64,000 bases of DNA, taken from positions 288,001 to 352,000 of the forward strand of contig CBDFMQ010000002.1 in NCBI GenBank assembly GCA_965249725.1, written 5' to 3'. Each line of letters starts with the position of its first letter. Position 1 is the stretch's first letter. A program made the position numbers and the translations under genes. This DNA comes from Longimicrobiales bacterium (lineage in GTDB: Bacteria > Gemmatimonadota > Gemmatimonadetes > Longimicrobiales > Gaopeijiaceae). Shown in pieces: positions 1 through 8,794 of the stretch. Below the pieces are notes generated by a model that was not told where the DNA came from, made no database searches, and saw only the letters and a list, made by a program, of their open reading frames with translations.

Positions 1-987
1 GTGGGCGCTCTCTTGGCTGCCGCCACCGGAGTGGTAGGTGCGTCGGTGACGGCCATGGGCCTCATCTCGCTGCCCGTAATGCTCCGCAACGGATATAAGG
101 ACGATCTGACGCTGGGTGTCATATCGGCCTCCGGGACCTTGGGGCAGATCATCCCGCCCAGCATCGTGTTGATCGTGTTGGGTGATCAGATGGGTGTCTC
201 CGTCGGAGCCCTGTTTCAGGCGGCTGTCGTGCCTGGGCTCGTCCTCACCGGGGCCTACGCCCTCTATGTGATCGGGGTGGCCGTCGTGAATCCGGAGGCG
301 GCCCCGGCGATGGAGGAGGCGCGTGAGGTCAGGGGCCTCGACCTCGTTCGTCGTGTCTCCGTGTCGTTGATTCCGCCGCTCGCTCTGATACTGGTTGTGC
401 TCGGGAGCATTTTCGCCGGCGTGGCCACACCCACCGAAGCGGGTGCGCTGGGATCGGTCGGCGCCATGATGCTGGCGGCGATGGGGGGACAGCTCACCAT
501 GTCTGCCCTCAAGGCGGCAATGAACGACACCACGCGCCTAACGATCATGGTGATCTTCCTACTCATCGGGTCGACGGTCTTCACCCTCGTGTTCCGGGGC
601 CTGGAAGGAGATCTATGGATCGCGAGGATGCTCTCGAACCTCCCCGGTGGCTCGCTGGGGTTCCTCCTGGTCGTGAACGTGGTCGTCTTCGTCCTCGGTT
701 TCTTCATCGACTTCTTCGAGATCGCCTTCATCATCGTGCCGCTCGTGGTCGCTCCCGCTCAGATTCTCGGACTCGATCTGACATGGCTGGGGATCGTGCT
801 GGCGGTGAACATCCAGACCTCGTTCCTCACTCCACCCTTCGGCGTCTCCCTCTTCTACCTCCGTGGGGTGACACCTGCGGAGATCTCAACGACTCGCATG
901 TACCGGGGAGTCTTGCCGTTCATCCTCATCCAGTTGGTCGTCCTCGGGGGGCTGATTGTCTGGTTGCTGAGCAAAGGACCTGGCTAA
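1..987 (+). CDS. TRAP transporter large permease subunit (DctM family), probably 5'-truncated by window edge
   Basis: Polytopic membrane protein with DctM motifs SGTLGQIIPPS, GVATPTEAGA and QTSFLTPPFG. Confidence 0.92.
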   Translation: MGALLAAATGVVGASVTAMGLISLPVMLRNGYKDDLTLGVISASGTLGQIIPPSIVLIVLGDQMGVSVGALFQAAVVPGLVLTGAYALYVIGVAVVNPEAAPAMEEAREVRGLDLVRRVSVSLIPPLALILVVLGSIFAGVATPTEAGALGSVGAMMLAAMGGQLTMSALKAAMNDTTRLTIMVIFLLIGSTVFTLVFRGLEGDLWIARMLSNLPGGSLGFLLVVNVVVFVLGFFIDFFEIAFIIVPLVVAPAQILGLDLTWLGIVLAVNIQTSFLTPPFGVSLFYLRGVTPAEISTTRMYRGVLPFILIQLVVLGGLIVWLLSKGPG

Positions 988-1053
988 GCAAGGCGGAACC
1001 AGCCTAGGTTCGCCGTCACACCGTTTCGTTTTACGCCCCGTCTGGAGGCCTCC

Positions 1054-1959
1054 ATGTCCGCTCGCTCGTTTGCACGCATGTCGCTCCTCATGTCGCTCCT
1101 TTGGGCCATGCCCCTCGTCGCCCAACGCGATTGGGATGCCATCGAGATCCGCACGATAGAGTTGGGCGGAGGCGTGTACATGCTCATGGGCAGCGGGGGC
1201 AACATCGGGCTCTCCGTCGGTGAGGACGGGGCGTTCGTCGTGGACGACCAGTTCGCTCCGCTCACGGACAAGATCAAGGCTGCCATCGCGGGCGTGACCG
1301 ATCAGCCGGTGAAGTGGGTCTTGAATACCCATTGGCACGGTGATCACACGGGAGGAAACGAGAACTTCGGTGGTGACGGCGCACTCATCGTTGCCCACGA
1401 CAACGTCTACAAGCGACTGAACCCGGCAGAGTTCGCGGAGCTGGTGGGGCGGAGTCAACAGGCGCCTGACGTTGCCCTGCCGGTCGTGACGTTCGATGAG
1501 GCGATGACGTTCCACTGGAACGGTGAGGACATCCACGCCTTCCACGTCGAGCACGCTCATACGGATGGGGACGTGATCATCCACTATCGGGGGTCCGACA
1601 TCTACCACATGGGCGACACGTTCTTCAGAGGTCGATATCCGTTCATCGACGTGGACTCCGGCGGCAGCGTCGACGGCATCATCGCGGCGGCGGACCTGGT
1701 CCTACGCATGAGCGGGTCGAGCACCAAGCTCATTCCGGGACACGGGGACCTGGCGACTCGCGAGGACCTGCGCGAATACCGAGAAATGGTCAGCACCGTG
1801 CGGGGTCGCGTGGCTCAGCTCATCAGGGACGGCAAGACGCAGGAAGAGGCTATGGCAGCGCGCCCGACGGCCGATCTCGACGCAGCTTGGGGGGCGACGC
1901 AGGAGTCAGCCGAAGGGTTCGTGACCCTGGTCTATCGGAGCTTGACGGAGGGTCACTAA
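1054..1959 (+). CDS. Secreted MBL-fold metallo-hydrolase (cyclase-like subgroup)
   Basis: Signal peptide; NTHWHGDH, HTDGD, HMGD and IPGHG motifs; GGAGG RBS upstream. Confidence 0.9.
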   Translation: MSARSFARMSLLMSLLWAMPLVAQRDWDAIEIRTIELGGGVYMLMGSGGNIGLSVGEDGAFVVDDQFAPLTDKIKAAIAGVTDQPVKWVLNTHWHGDHTGGNENFGGDGALIVAHDNVYKRLNPAEFAELVGRSQQAPDVALPVVTFDEAMTFHWNGEDIHAFHVEHAHTDGDVIIHYRGSDIYHMGDTFFRGRYPFIDVDSGGSVDGIIAAADLVLRMSGSSTKLIPGHGDLATREDLREYREMVSTVRGRVAQLIRDGKTQEEAMAARPTADLDAAWGATQESAEGFVTLVYRSLTEGH

Positions 1960-1994
1960 GGCCGTCGAGGGCTCCTGGAATCCTCTAGAGCGCG

Positions 1995-3119
1995 CTAGAG
2001 CTTCGGGAACGCGAACCTGGCGTACTCCAGTTCGTTCCCTCGGAAGTACTCGAAGCTTACGGCCCGAAAGTCTCTCCACGACTCGTAGACGCGTCTGAAC
2101 CCGGCGTCGGCTGCCGCCTGTTCCTCGAGATACGCGTTGCTCTCAAGCCACGCCGCCTCCAGGATCTCGTCGGAGAAGCTTCGAAGAGTGACGCCCTCCT
2201 CCGACGTGAGCCGCGCCAAGGCGCGGGGATTCTCGACGTCGTAGCGCGATAGGGTCTGTACATTAGCCGCTTCGCAGGCGGTCTGCAGCGCTTCCTGATA
2301 CGCAGGGGGCAGGTCGTTCCACGCGTCGAGACTGACCTGCAGCGTGGTGGTGACCCCGGGCTCCCACCAGCCCGGGATGTAGTAGTTCTTCGCGATCCGG
2401 TGCAGCCCGAGCTTCTCGTCGTCATAGGGCCCCACCCACTCGGTGGCGTCGATGGCTCCTCGCTCGAGCGCCGGGTAGATCTCGGCCGCGGCCAGGACCT
2501 GCACGCTCACTCCCAGTCGTGCCATGATCTCACCGGACAGTCCTGGAATGCGCATGCGCAGCCCCCGCATGTCTGCGAGAGAGTCGATCGGCTCGCGGAA
2601 CCATCCGCCGAACTGGGGTCCGGTGCTGCCGCATCCGAACGTGAGGATGCCGAAGTCCGAATAGAGCTCCCTCATCAGCTCCAGACCCCCGGCGTGATGA
2701 AGCCATGCAGCACGCTGTCGGTTCGACATTCCAAATGGGATGGCAGTGCCGAAGGCGAGGGCCGGGTTCTTGCCGATGTAGTAGTAGTCGGCGGTGTATC
2801 CCGCCTGCACCGTGCCCGACTCGACCCCGTCCATCACCTGAAGGGCAGGAACGAGCTCGCCGGCGGCGAAAACCCGTATCGTGAATTGCCCTCCCGTCAG
2901 GGCCGAGATCCGGTCGGCTAGGTGTGTGACATTCCCGTGGAGGATGTCCAGGCTGGGAGGAAAGCTCGAGGCGAGCCGCCAGCTCACCCGGGGGCCGGTC
3001 ACCACGGAGTCTCCCGAAACGCTCGGGGACGGATCACCTCCGCATGAGGCCAGCACGCCGGTGCCGGCCGCGCCGAGGGTCGCTTTCCGCACGAAGTCGC
3101 GACGCTTCATAGAGCTCAT
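1995..3119 (-). CDS. TRAP transporter substrate-binding protein (DctP/TakP-like), Tat lipoprotein
   Basis: KRRDFV twin-Arg plus LASC lipobox; GGWF, LRMRIPG, ALERGAIDATEWVGP and PGWWEP motifs; start at 3119 or 3110. Confidence 0.9.
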   Translation of the reverse strand: MSSMKRRDFVRKATLGAAGTGVLASCGGDPSPSVSGDSVVTGPRVSWRLASSFPPSLDILHGNVTHLADRISALTGGQFTIRVFAAGELVPALQVMDGVESGTVQAGYTADYYYIGKNPALAFGTAIPFGMSNRQRAAWLHHAGGLELMRELYSDFGILTFGCGSTGPQFGGWFREPIDSLADMRGLRMRIPGLSGEIMARLGVSVQVLAAAEIYPALERGAIDATEWVGPYDDEKLGLHRIAKNYYIPGWWEPGVTTTLQVSLDAWNDLPPAYQEALQTACEAANVQTLSRYDVENPRALARLTSEEGVTLRSFSDEILEAAWLESNAYLEEQAAADAGFRRVYESWRDFRAVSFEYFRGNELEYARFAFPKL

Positions 3120-3238
3120 TGTGTGGGCACATCCATGGTGACGGGGATCGGGGCTTCCGCGCTGCCGTCCCAAGATCTACCCGTGGAGCCCGACCGGGGC
3201 AAATGGCCTGTCAGAGCCTAGGCTGGTCGGTCCGGGGC

Positions 3239-3733
3239 TCAGTTCGGTTCCAGCGTCCGCACTTCGGTCAGGAGCGTGAAGCCCAGCTCTTCATCTGCGA
3301 TCATCTCCGAATAGTCGATCCAGATGCTGGTCGGATATCCACGGCTCGCATCGAAGTCCACGTCCACCCGGGCAGCGTCCTGGTCGTAGGCGTCTTCCAG
3401 CAGGTCGAACAAGCCGTCGATCGTCAGGTACCACTGCACCTCGTTGGGTTCGAGCACCTTGTCGGTCGCCAGATCCGTGGCACCCGTCAGGACTCCCGCC
3501 ACTACCGTGAGGCGGACGCCCTCCTCCCGGAACGGGCAGAAGCAGACGCGTCGGACGTCGAATGTGTAGTCCTCCAGGCTTTGGGCCTCCCAGAGCGACC
3601 GTTGCTCGCTCAGGCGATCCACCTCGGGGCCTGTCGAGTCGCCGCACGCCAGGGGGCCCAGCAGAAGCACGGCCGTCACTATCGATCCGAGTCTGGCTCG
3701 GATCGGTCGGCCGCTGTGATGGGATCGAACCAT
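3239..3733 (-). CDS. Lipoprotein, DUF6174-like
   Basis: PLAC lipobox; W...DY...CFC, TIDGLF and GYPTSI..D...IADEE pattern recalled for DUF6174; start trimmed to ATG 3733. Confidence 0.7.
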   Translation of the reverse strand: MVRSHHSGRPIRARLGSIVTAVLLLGPLACGDSTGPEVDRLSEQRSLWEAQSLEDYTFDVRRVCFCPFREEGVRLTVVAGVLTGATDLATDKVLEPNEVQWYLTIDGLFDLLEDAYDQDAARVDVDFDASRGYPTSIWIDYSEMIADEELGFTLLTEVRTLEPN

Positions 3734-3825
3734 GGATGCCTCGACGATCGAACGTTGCTGCGTGTCTACCCTTGGATAACGCTTGAAGGGGTTCTCATGT
3801 GACACCTGACTCGGATTCCTCGCGG

Positions 3826-3861
3826 ATAAGAAGAAGCGCCCGGCCGCTATGGCCGGGCGCT
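3826..3861 (-). terminator. Rho-independent terminator after the multicopper oxidase gene
   Basis: 11-bp stem AGCGCCCGGCC / GGCCGGGCGCT with 5-nt loop, followed by TCTTCTTAT on the minus strand. Confidence 0.7.
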
Positions 3862-3897
3862 CATCACGCGTGGTCGTGCCGCTACGCCGGGACCGCG

Positions 3898-5673
3898 TCA
3901 GCCGGCGGGATCCACCTTCATCGAGATCGACATGCCGGATCCGACATGCTCCGGAATCTGGCAGTTGAGCATCCAATCCCCGGGGTTGGACATCTCGATC
4001 AACAGGTCGATGGTGGCGCCAACGGGCACGATGACCGTGTCGCGCCACACCATGTGGTTCATCCGTACCCCGTCCTGCTCCAACACCAGGAAGCGTTGGC
4101 CGTGAAGGTGCATGGGGTGGTTCATGGGATGGAACGACTTGGGGTTGTTGAACAGGCGGAGCTTCACGACGTCGCCCTCCTTGAAGCGCCAGCCTCTAGC
4201 CGGACCCAACTCACGGTCGGGCGACATGGTCGCCATGTCCGGCAGAATCCACGTCACCTCTTGGCCTGTCGCCAGCCAGTTCATCATCGGCATCGTCTCG
4301 TTCCACTCGAGCGGCGGCACGTAGAACGTGTCGATGGCCATCATCTGCTGGATCGGCGTGAGCAGTCCGCGGGCATTCAGCGTTAGTTCGAGCTCGTGGT
4401 CCACCTCTCGGTCGAAGTGGGGGCGCATCGCGTCGATATCCGCCCCGACCTCGGCCGGTTCCCTCAGCTCCGCAAACGCCGCCGAGTAGTCCGCTTCCGT
4501 GCCCTCGTCGGCAACCGTCACAGTGCCCAGGGTATCGACTTCCGCGTAGAACTGACCCAAGAAGTGATTGATCGCCTGGATCCGGCTCGTCATGGCCGCG
4601 TCACCGGCTTCATCGAACTTCACTTCGACTACGTACCGCTGACCGGGGGCGATCACCACGCTCCCGACCATGATCTCCTTCTCGAACCTGCTGAGGTCGC
4701 TCGCCACCAGCTTAATCGGGGCGCTGTCCCACGACACGTTGAACATGCGCGTGTTCGAGGCATTGGTGAGGTGGTACCGGACCACATCGCCCTTCTTTAC
4801 ATCCAGCTCATGGCTCGGCTTGCCATCCACAAGCATGACGTTGCCGAACCGCCCCATGAGGACGTGTGTGGGGGACTCGAAGCCCCACGGAATGGGGCCC
4901 AAGGCGTCCATGAGGATGTCGTCCAGTATCAGGACGACCTCATGGTTGACGGGGCTGTAGTAGTCCTCATCGGCGGACTCGACGATGATGTTGCCGTACA
5001 GGCCCAGATCCTGCGCGACCTCTTCGCGCTGGTGCGGGTGGTACCAGAACGTTCCCGCATCGGGAAATCGGACCTGATACTCGAACGTGTCCCCGGGTCG
5101 CACGGGTCTCTGGGTGAGGCCGGGCACACCGTCGTACTGGTTCTCTACGCGCACGCCGTGCCACCGGAGGGTGGTCGCGAATTCGATGTTGTTCGTGAAG
5201 TTGACCGTGATACTGGAGTGCTGCTTGACCTTGATGAGGGGCCCGGGATACTGACCGTTGAACGCATACATGATCAGGTCATGCCCACCGACCGTGCGGT
5301 GGACCAGCCCGGCCTCCATATCGAGCACGTCACCATCAGCCAACTCGATGACCTCGCGATACGTGGCCACGGGCAACATGTCGCGCTGCATGTCGTCGAG
5401 GTCCATGCCCGGCATGAAAGGTGCCGCCGTCGGGACATTACCCTCGAGGTAGGGCATCATGGACATGTCCATGCCCTCCATGGGAGGCATGCGCCAGACG
5501 TTGGGATCCATGCCCGTCATGTCGTGCTGCATTCCGGGCATGTTCATGGGCATCGGATCCTGCGCACGCACGGGCGCGGACAGAACGGTCAAGCCGACTG
5601 CTGCCCACACCATTCCGTAAAACGCGACACCACCGGTCACGTTGAGTCGTCGGTCCATCGGATACTTCAGCAT
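3898..5673 (-). CDS. Three-domain multicopper oxidase homologue with Met-rich N-terminus and degenerate T2/T3 site
   Basis: NGQYPGPLI, RWHG, FWYHPH, HPMHLHG and WMLNCQIPEH...GM motifs; signal peptide; GGAGAGGT RBS before ATG 5673. Confidence 0.9.
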   Translation of the reverse strand: MLKYPMDRRLNVTGGVAFYGMVWAAVGLTVLSAPVRAQDPMPMNMPGMQHDMTGMDPNVWRMPPMEGMDMSMMPYLEGNVPTAAPFMPGMDLDDMQRDMLPVATYREVIELADGDVLDMEAGLVHRTVGGHDLIMYAFNGQYPGPLIKVKQHSSITVNFTNNIEFATTLRWHGVRVENQYDGVPGLTQRPVRPGDTFEYQVRFPDAGTFWYHPHQREEVAQDLGLYGNIIVESADEDYYSPVNHEVVLILDDILMDALGPIPWGFESPTHVLMGRFGNVMLVDGKPSHELDVKKGDVVRYHLTNASNTRMFNVSWDSAPIKLVASDLSRFEKEIMVGSVVIAPGQRYVVEVKFDEAGDAAMTSRIQAINHFLGQFYAEVDTLGTVTVADEGTEADYSAAFAELREPAEVGADIDAMRPHFDREVDHELELTLNARGLLTPIQQMMAIDTFYVPPLEWNETMPMMNWLATGQEVTWILPDMATMSPDRELGPARGWRFKEGDVVKLRLFNNPKSFHPMNHPMHLHGQRFLVLEQDGVRMNHMVWRDTVIVPVGATIDLLIEMSNPGDWMLNCQIPEHVGSGMSISMKVDPAG

Positions 5674-5776
5674 CCACCTCTCCTCGAGATCGAACTCGTA
5701 GTCCAACTCACGTATCTGCCTCGCGAGTGCCGAGGTCTAAACCAATCAGAAGTTTAGCGACATGCGGGGGCGCTGC

Positions 5777-7150
5777 CTACGAGATGGGCCTCTGCACGCC
5801 GGCGGGCCCGTTGTCCCAATCCTGAGCGCTGGAGTTGTTCGGGACGCCCCAGTCGTCCCCATTCCAACCCTCGAACCCGTCCATCCTCATGAGCCAGAGC
5901 CCGGTGACGCCGTCACTGATTCCGATCAGGCCGTCGGCGTTCCGAACGTCGACTCCCCAGGCTCCCTGGTAGACTCCCCACGTGTAGCTGCTGTTCTCCG
6001 GACCCGGGCGCGTGTTGTGCGGGCCGGGATAGGTATCGTAGTAACCCACGGTATACGGATTCGTCGGGTCCATCATGTTGAACACGGACAGTCCCGTTTC
6101 GTAGCCCGCGACGAACACGTAGGGCCAGCGCATCTCATGGTTGTGAGCCAGGGTCTTCCAGTCCTCTTGCCATGCTCCGATCGACCGGCGGATCGTGGGG
6201 ACCTCCCCGTCGAGGCCCGGCTTCAGGTCGAAGATCCGCAAGGGTTGATACTGGAACTCGGTTTCGCCGACCGCGTAGCGACCGTCGGGTGTCGGGGTCA
6301 CCGTGTGTCCCCAATTGATTCCCGATACACCCGTCACGGTGGTGATCAGTTCAGGCTCTTCGGGTCGTGAGACATCGAACAGGTAGTATCCACCACCGCC
6401 GCCGCCGTAGAAGATGTCTCGCTGTGTGGCGGGGTCGAATCCGACGTAGAAGTCGTGATATCCCTCGGACAGGGCGCCGGGGGTCGGTGGTACGGGCACC
6501 CCACCCAGGTACCCCTGATCCTCTGCACCCGCGACGAACCGGCCCATGTCGAACATCTTCGCCAGCTTGCCATGTGTGGCGAAGAGAATCACTCGACCGT
6601 CCGAGTGCTTGTAGACGAAGATGTTGTGGAATCCGCCCCCGCCTTCGGGCCGGACCCGTCCGACCTCCGTGATCCGCTCAGGCAGATCCGTAACGTCGAC
6701 GACGATACCTCCGACGTCGGAGTTCGGGCCGCCCTGCCGAAAGGAGACCGACTGGATGAAGTAGTATCGGTCGCCGATCTTGAACTGCTTGCCATCCATC
6801 GCACCGCCCTGGTGCAGTTCCTGGTTCTCGACCCTCCAGCGGTGGATGACCTCGGCGTTGTCCGGGTCTTCGATGTTGATGACGTCGAAGCCCTTCTCGG
6901 TGGTCCGACGCGAAACGTAGACGTAGGGCCTCGACAACTCCTGCTCCACCTCGATGTCACTGACCGACAGGTAGGGACCGAGCGGGAGGTGAGACAGAAC
7001 GTGAACGTTGGTGCTGCCCCTCATTCCGGGGGGACGAGGCTGAGTCTCAGAAACGCCCTGCGCGGCCGCACCGGCCACCCCGAGGAGTGAGCTCATGAGG
7101 ACTGCGAGAATACTGCTCGAGGCCGAAGCCCGATTCACTTTCGTAATCAC
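5777..7150 (-). CDS. Secreted His-rich beta-propeller protein (LVIVD/choice-of-anchor-B-like), paralog P1
   Basis: Signal peptide; blade-like motifs (RPYVYVS, FDVINIEDP, VFNMMDPTNPYTVGYYDT, GAWGVDV); GTG 7150 with GGAGG RBS. Confidence 0.75.
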   Translation of the reverse strand: MITKVNRASASSSILAVLMSSLLGVAGAAAQGVSETQPRPPGMRGSTNVHVLSHLPLGPYLSVSDIEVEQELSRPYVYVSRRTTEKGFDVINIEDPDNAEVIHRWRVENQELHQGGAMDGKQFKIGDRYYFIQSVSFRQGGPNSDVGGIVVDVTDLPERITEVGRVRPEGGGGFHNIFVYKHSDGRVILFATHGKLAKMFDMGRFVAGAEDQGYLGGVPVPPTPGALSEGYHDFYVGFDPATQRDIFYGGGGGGYYLFDVSRPEEPELITTVTGVSGINWGHTVTPTPDGRYAVGETEFQYQPLRIFDLKPGLDGEVPTIRRSIGAWQEDWKTLAHNHEMRWPYVFVAGYETGLSVFNMMDPTNPYTVGYYDTYPGPHNTRPGPENSSYTWGVYQGAWGVDVRNADGLIGISDGVTGLWLMRMDGFEGWNGDDWGVPNNSSAQDWDNGPAGVQRPIS

Positions 7151-7328
7151 TGAAATCACCTCCGCAGACAGCGCACATCCAGGTTCGGAGACAACATGCC
7201 ACAGGCCGATTGACGCCCGCAAGCAAAGCACAGTCGATAAAGGGGTTCTGGCGGAACTCTGAGCCCCCAAGTATGATGAGCACCGGCTTAGACGGCCAGA
7301 CAAAGCAATCCGTTAGGGAGGTAGTCTG

Positions 7329-8708
7329 ATGAGTTGGAGAAATTTGTGCGCCGGGTTCGGGACCACGACGCTCGCGCTGGCGTTCACGGTTCTGTACGCC
7401 GCGCCCGCGAGTGCGCAGCATGCGCCGGGCGAGCAGGGTAGCAGCAACGTCCACGTTCTGTCTCATGTGCCCCTGGGTGGTGCCAGGCCCTTGGCGAATT
7501 CGGATGCGGCGGGGATCGACTCGTACGGTCGACGGACCGCCGATATCGAGATGGAAGAGGACATGGACCGTCCGTACGTCTACGTGTCCAGTCGTTTTGC
7601 CCCGAGCGGTTTCTCAATCATCAGTGTCGAAGATCCCGAGAACGCCGAGATCATCTACAAGTGGGTGGTCGACAACCCCATGCTCCATCAGGGCTCGGGA
7701 GCGCTGGACGGGAAGTACTTCAAGTCTGGTGGCCGCTACTACTACATCCAGTCCTTCCAGTTCAGGGCCGGCGGACCGGACTCGGATCTGGGCGCCATCA
7801 TCTTCGACGTGACCGGCCTGCCCGATCCGTCACAGGTGAGGGAAGTGGGTCGCATTCAGGGGCCGTCACAGCAGGGTGGCTTCCACAACATCTTCGCGTA
7901 CAAGCACTCCGACGGCCGCAACCTTCTCTTCGCCACGATTTCCGAGCCTGCGGCGCACGTCTACGACCTGGACATGTTCCTGGCCGGTGACCCCGACTTC
8001 GGGCTTATCGCCCGCGTACCGAATCCTGATCCCGCGCAAAGCAGGGGTTATCACGACTACTACGTCGGCTACCACCCGGAGAGCGGGCAGGATCGCTTCT
8101 ACGGAGCCGGGGGCGGCGGGTTCTACGTGTACGACATCACGGACCTCGGCAACCCGAACTTCCTGACGTCGGTCACCAATGTGTCCGGCATCCGGAGTGG
8201 ACACACGCTCACGCCGACGCCCGACGGGCGTTATGCCGTGGGTGAGACCGAGTACAGGACGGCTCCTCTGCGTATCTTCGACCTCCAGCCGGGTCTCGAT
8301 GGAGACGTGCCGACCATCACGCGACCCATCGGTGCCTGGACGGCCAACTGGAAGAACTTCTCGCACAACCACGAGGTCCGGTGGCCTTACGTGTTCGTGG
8401 CCGCTCTCGACGACGGGATGCAGGTCTTCAACATGATGGATCCGACCAATCCCTACACCGTCGGATTCTACGACACGTGGGACGGGCCGGACGGCACGCT
8501 CGCGAACCCCGCCACGACCTTCCAGGGCGCCTGGGGTGTCGACGTGCGCAACAACGACGGCCTCATCGTGGTGAGCAGCTTCATCACGGGCCTTTGGATC
8601 ATGAGGATGGACGGCTTCGAGGGTTGGAACGGTGAGGACTGGGGTATGCCGAACGTCTCCAGCGTACAGGACTGGGATAACGGCCCGGTGTCGCGACCCG
8701 TTTCATAA
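7329..8708 (+). CDS. Secreted His-rich beta-propeller protein, paralog P2
   Basis: Same motif series as P1; ASA signal peptide; GGGAGGT RBS. Confidence 0.78.
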   Translation: MSWRNLCAGFGTTTLALAFTVLYAAPASAQHAPGEQGSSNVHVLSHVPLGGARPLANSDAAGIDSYGRRTADIEMEEDMDRPYVYVSSRFAPSGFSIISVEDPENAEIIYKWVVDNPMLHQGSGALDGKYFKSGGRYYYIQSFQFRAGGPDSDLGAIIFDVTGLPDPSQVREVGRIQGPSQQGGFHNIFAYKHSDGRNLLFATISEPAAHVYDLDMFLAGDPDFGLIARVPNPDPAQSRGYHDYYVGYHPESGQDRFYGAGGGGFYVYDITDLGNPNFLTSVTNVSGIRSGHTLTPTPDGRYAVGETEYRTAPLRIFDLQPGLDGDVPTITRPIGAWTANWKNFSHNHEVRWPYVFVAALDDGMQVFNMMDPTNPYTVGFYDTWDGPDGTLANPATTFQGAWGVDVRNNDGLIVVSSFITGLWIMRMDGFEGWNGEDWGMPNVSSVQDWDNGPVSRPVS

Positions 8709-8723
8709 GACTTTTGTCAGGGT

Positions 8724-8764
8724 CGAGGGGGATGGGGGCGTCATGTGCGCCTTCATCCCCCTCG
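8724..8764 (+). terminator. Intergenic stem-loop (terminator or mRNA stabiliser)
   Basis: CGAGGGGGATGGGGGCG / CGCCTTCATCCCCCTCG stem; weak U tract. Confidence 0.45.
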
Positions 8765-8794
8765 GTTGTATGTATCCCGTCCGGAGGTAGCCCC

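Noticed and set aside
3898..5673. Calling the MCO a pseudogene
   Set aside because: Full-length open frame with RBS, signal peptide, terminator and intact T1 ligands
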